From Chrysomallon squamiferum (Eukaryota; Animalia; Mollusca), in assembly GCA_012295275.1 (NCBI GenBank), contig CM022677.1, forward strand, positions 16,554,001 to 16,618,000: a stretch of 64,000 nucleotides of DNA, read 5' to 3'. Below the pieces are notes generated by a model that ran no database searches, was not told where the DNA came from, and saw only the letters and a program-made list of their open reading frames with translations. A program made the translations under genes and the position numbers. This document shows positions 59,581 to 64,000 of the stretch, piece by piece (the stretch's first letter is position 1; the number at the start of each line of letters is the position of its first letter).

Positions 59581-59938
59581 GACAACATAACCAGTGAGTT
59601 GCAGACTGTTAGCGAAAAGAGAATCACGGTGTTGTAATTATTTTCTCTACCAGTCTGACTTTCATTTCGTGTAGCACGTGTGTACGTTTGGTGAGCACAT
59701 GTATTTACTTATATGTATTTTGTTGATTACTTTATGTGTTGTTTTATTATTGATTAACGTCTTCATATTAAAACTAAGTACACCATTTTGATGTTCAAAT
59801 CTCTAAGACAAGAACAAATTTGAAAAGATGTTATATAAGTATTTGGTATTATAACCAGTGAAAGTTTTGTTTATTTATCTAAGCTGGTTTCTTGTTTAAA
59901 GTGTAATAAGTATTCCATTGAGTTTATTGCTGTGAGAG

Positions 59939-59971
<33 letters not shown>

Positions 59972-60132
59972 GTCTAAAGAGTATTTTTGTTATTTCTTTT
60001 CTGATATTTGTTTTTCACCTAATTCTGGGGATTGTTGCCAGGTATCCAGGGACTGGTTGATATAGACAACAAGAACGACAACTCGTCTTAACTTTTCATG
60101 TGTTTCGTAAACACCTATGTAAACATTTCTTT

Positions 60133-60565
60133 GTTATATCTTTAATTGATACTATGTCTTTGTGTCTATGACAATGACGCTATTATCATAACCTGTAGAT
60201 GACAGTACAGAGAAGAATGTATTACAGATATATAATAACACAATTAAAATGCACATGCGTGGAAATTTAACGTGGAGGACATACTCTCTCACATATAGTT
60301 CTTATTAACAAACATAGCATTTTTAATACAAATATATTTTTACAATTTATTATATGAAATCATATTTAGATGTCTCATCTGGTATACCTTTTCTCACATT
60401 TAATAACTTAGGATCAGTACATTGAAATATATAGTGATCATTCATCTCCAAGTTTGTTATGATTACAAATATTTTCTATTTTCTCTTAGAGGATTAAACC
60501 GTCATTCAGTTTCAATAGGACATTTAGCATTCGAGGTTCAGTTATAGTTTACAAGCTCGAGACAT
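60133..60565 (-). mobile_element. LINE 3' fragment, copy 2
   Basis: Homologous to 58016-58450. Confidence 0.72.
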
Positions 60566-60754
60566 TTTTATTACATTTTGAATTGCTTATTGTTTTCGTA
60601 CACCCGATTATAAATGGTCTCTTTCTGTTAACTGTTATTCTTTAGCCAGTGTTTGTTTGTTTTAGCTTTTGCTTGTTGCTAGGCAACTAACTGTGTGTTT
60701 AGAACTGGTAACGTGAATACTCTTGTAATCTAAGTGTGTCTAGGTGTGTCTGGG

Positions 60755-60960
60755 TGTGTCTCGGTGGCCGAACCGTAACATCTTCCGCCTTCTGAGTGCG
60801 GGCGAATGGGGGTCATACGTTCGAGTCTCGTCAGCGGCATCTGACGGGTTTGTGAGGTCGTGATTGGACTTTGTCCGACTGTACAAATAAACGTTCCCGA
60901 ATATTGTCTATGTGCAGAGTCTAGACAGATGTACTTAAAACAGAGAATACTCAAAATCAT
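60755..60960 (+). mobile_element. tRNA-derived SINE inside the 2-kb array unit
   Basis: TGGCCGAACCG (A-box-like), GTTCGAGTC (B-box), shared body and (ACAT)n tail. Confidence 0.78.
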
Positions 60961-60984
60961 GAAACTACATACATACATACATAC

Positions 60985-61015
<31 letters not shown>

Positions 61016-61919
61016 GATGCATGCATACATATATATAAAATTAGATACAGTACATACATACATACATACATACATGTCTTTCCTTTCTTTTATTATAATT
61101 ATTAAAAATAAAATTGATATCATGTACGACAACTAATGAGCTTTTTACGTCACAATATCTACATACACTCCTATAAATAAAACTGTTAGTAACTTTGACA
61201 ACCACATAACATAATGTAACAGTTTCACATCACCGTTATAAAACCTGAAACTAAAATAAAATACGTTTCAAACACGGAGTAGCGTTTTCTAATTTCCACC
61301 ACGTGTTTTCACGTCACGGCCTTGATCTCTTTGTCAGTTATTACTTGTTGCTAGGCAACTAACTGTGTGCTTAGAGCTGTTAACGTGAATGCTCGCGCTG
61401 TGATGGTGTGTGGCAAGTTCCGGCACGTGTTATGACGTCATGAAATCGGAAAACTGTCGCAGAAAATAACCAAAACAAAATAAACCGGAATCAAATGTCA
61501 GGGGTCAAGTACCCGAAGATTTCGGTCGCTGGGTCATAACTACGTCATAAAATGGCGCGAAGGACAACATAACCAGTGAGTTGCAGACTGTTAGCGAAAA
61601 GAGAATCACGGTGTTGTAATTATTTTCTCTACCAGTCTGACTTTCATTTCGTGTAGCACGTGTGTACGTTTGGTGAGCACATGTATTTACTTATATGTAT
61701 TTTGTTGATTACTTTATGTGTTGTTTTATTATTGATTAATGTCTTCATATTAAAACTAAGTACACCATTTTGATGTTCAAATCTCTAAGACAAGAACAAA
61801 TTTGAAAAGATGTTATATAAATATTTGGTATTATAACCAGTGAAAGTTTTGTTTATTTATCTAAGCTGGTTTCTTGTTTAAAGTGTAATAAGTATTCCGT
61901 TGAGTTTATTGCTGTGAGA

Positions 61920-61968
<49 letters not shown>

Positions 61969-62128
61969 TCTAAAGAGTATTTTTGTTATTTCTTTTCTGA
62001 TATTTGTTTTTCACCTAATTCTGGGGATTGTTGCCAGGTATCCAGGGACTGGTTGATATAGACAACAAGAACGACAACTCGTCTTAACTTTTCATGTGTT
62101 TCGTAAACACCTATGTAAACATTTCTTT

Positions 62129-62560
62129 GTTATATCTTTAATTGATACTATGTCTTTGTGTCTATGACAATGACGCTATTATCATAACCTGTAGATGACA
62201 GTACAGAGAAGAATGTATTACAGATATATAATAACACAATTAAAATGCACATGCGTGGAAATTTAACGTGGAGGACATACTCTCTCACATATAGTTCTTA
62301 TTAACAAACATAGCATTTTTAATACAAATATATTTTTACAATTTATTATATGAAATCATATTTAGATGTCTCATCTGGTATACCTTTTCTCACATTTAAT
62401 AACTTAGGATCAGTACATTGAAATATATAGTGATCATTCATCTCCAAGTTTGTTATGATTACAAATATTTTCTATTTTCTCTTAGAGGATTAAACCGTCA
62501 TTCAGTTTCAATAGGACATTTAGCATTCGAGGTTCAGTTATAGTTTACAAGCTCGAGACA
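62129..62560 (-). mobile_element. LINE 3' fragment, copy 3
   Basis: Apparently identical to copy 2. Confidence 0.72.
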
Positions 62561-62750
62561 TTTTTATTACATTTTGAATTGCTTATTGTTTTCGTACACC
62601 CGATTATAAATGGTCTCTTTCTGTTAACTGTTATTCTTTAGCCAGTGTTTGTTTGTTTTAGCTTTTGCTTGTTGCTAGGCAACTAACTGTGTGTTTAGAA
62701 CTGGTAACGTGAATACTCTTGTAATCTAAGTGTGTCTAGGTGTGTCTGGG

Positions 62751-62957
62751 TGTGTCTCGGTGGCCGAACCGTAACATCTTCCGCCTTCTGAGTGCGGGCG
62801 AATGGGGGTCATACGTTCGAGTCTCGTCAGCGGCATCTGACGGGTTTGTGAGGTCGTGATTGGACTTTGTCCGACTGTACAAATAAACGTTCCCGAATAT
62901 TGTCTATGTGCAGAGTCTAGACAGATGTACTTAAAACAGAGAATACTCAAAATCATG
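62751..62957 (+). mobile_element. tRNA-derived SINE inside the 2-kb array unit (co-duplicated)
   Basis: Apparently identical to the 60755 copy, with the same flanks. Confidence 0.78.
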
Positions 62958-63912
62958 AAACTACATACATACATACATACATACATACATACATACATAC
63001 ATACATACATACATAGATGCATACATACATATACAAAATTAGATACATACGTACATACATACATGCATACATACATGTCTTTCCTTTCTTTTATTATAAT
63101 TATTAAAAATAAAATTGATATCATGTACGACAACTAATGAGCTTTTTACGTCACAATATCTACATACACTCCTATAAATAAAACTGTTAGTAACTTTGAC
63201 AACCACATAACATAATGTAACAGTTTCACATCACCGTTATAAAACCTGAAACTAAAATAAAATACGTTTCAAACACGGAGTAGCGTTTTCTAATTTCCAC
63301 CACGTGTTTTCACGTCACGGCCTTGATCTCTTTGTCAGTTATTACTTGTTGCTAGGCAACTAACTGTGTGCTTAGAGCTGTTAACGTGCATGCTCGCGCT
63401 GTGATGGTGTGTGGCAAGTTCCGGCACGTGTTATGACGTCATGAAATCGGAAAACTGTCGCAGAAAATAACCAAAACAAAATAAACCGGAATCAAATGTC
63501 AGGGGTCAAGTACCCGAAGATTTCGGTCGCTGGGTCATAACTACGTCATAAAATGGCGCGAAGGACAACATAACCAGTGAGTTGCAGACTGTTAGCGAAA
63601 AGAGAATCACGGTGTTGTAATTATTTTCTCTACCAGTCTGACTTTCATTTCGTGTAGCACGTGTGTACGTTTGGTGAGCACATGTATTTACTTATATGTA
63701 TTTTGTTGATTACTTTATGTGTTGTTTTATTATTGATTAATGTCTTCATATTAAAACTAAGTACACCATTTTGATGTTCAAATCTCTAAGACAAGAACAA
63801 ATTTGAAAAGATGTTATATAAATATTTGGTATTATAACCAGTGAAAGTTTTGTTTATTTATCTAAGCTGGTTTCTTGTTTAAAGTGTAATAAGTATTCCA
63901 TTGAGTTTATTG

Positions 63913-63964
<52 letters not shown>

Positions 63965-64000
63965 GTCTAAAGAGTATTTTTGTTATTTCTTTTCTGATAT

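Noticed and set aside
60760-60820. HDV-ribozyme-like GCGAATGGG motif
   Set aside because: P1 and P4 cannot be built. The putative catalytic C is not kept in other copies (GTGAATGGG, GGGAATGGG), and the hairpin fits a tRNA anticodon arm.
60755-60840. Functional tRNA gene
   Set aside because: The acceptor and T stems pair poorly, the variable region is oversized, and a shared non-tRNA body and tail follow. It is a SINE head.

Overview
AT-rich, microsatellite-dense eukaryotic DNA. It is probably an invertebrate, plausibly a mollusc; this is an inference from the repeat content and the mosaic CpG pattern. Three protein-coding loci are supported. (1) The 5' half of a SMAD4/Medea gene lies on the minus strand (MH1 and linker exons, 9940 to 2052); its MH2 domain would lie left of the window. 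(2) A complete three-exon core-1 beta-1,3-galactosyltransferase (C1GALT1-like, GT31) lies on the minus strand (17093 to 14092). (3) A GC-rich gene with a single coding exon encodes a 276-aa protein with two atypical C2H2 fingers (49576-50406, +). Mobile DNA comprises five copies of a tRNA-derived SINE, a decayed pogo/Tigger element and three copies of a LINE 3' fragment. The most unusual structure is a pair of kilobase-scale tandem arrays about 33 kb apart: ~1.76 kb units at 17.9-23.6 kb and ~2 kb units at 56.9-64 kb. Both are built around the same ordered cis-regulatory cassette (GGAGTGG box, ETS-like TTCCGG, CRE, ~28 nt, RFX X-box, Myb-like TAACTG). In the right-hand array the cassette precedes a YY1 motif, candidate splice donors and an antisense LINE fragment, so it resembles repeated non-coding transcription units. 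A second recurrent theme is degenerate tandem copying of exon/intron junctions into flanking introns. Most ORFs in the supplied track are microsatellite artefacts. All coordinates were read by eye; repeat boundaries are approximate.
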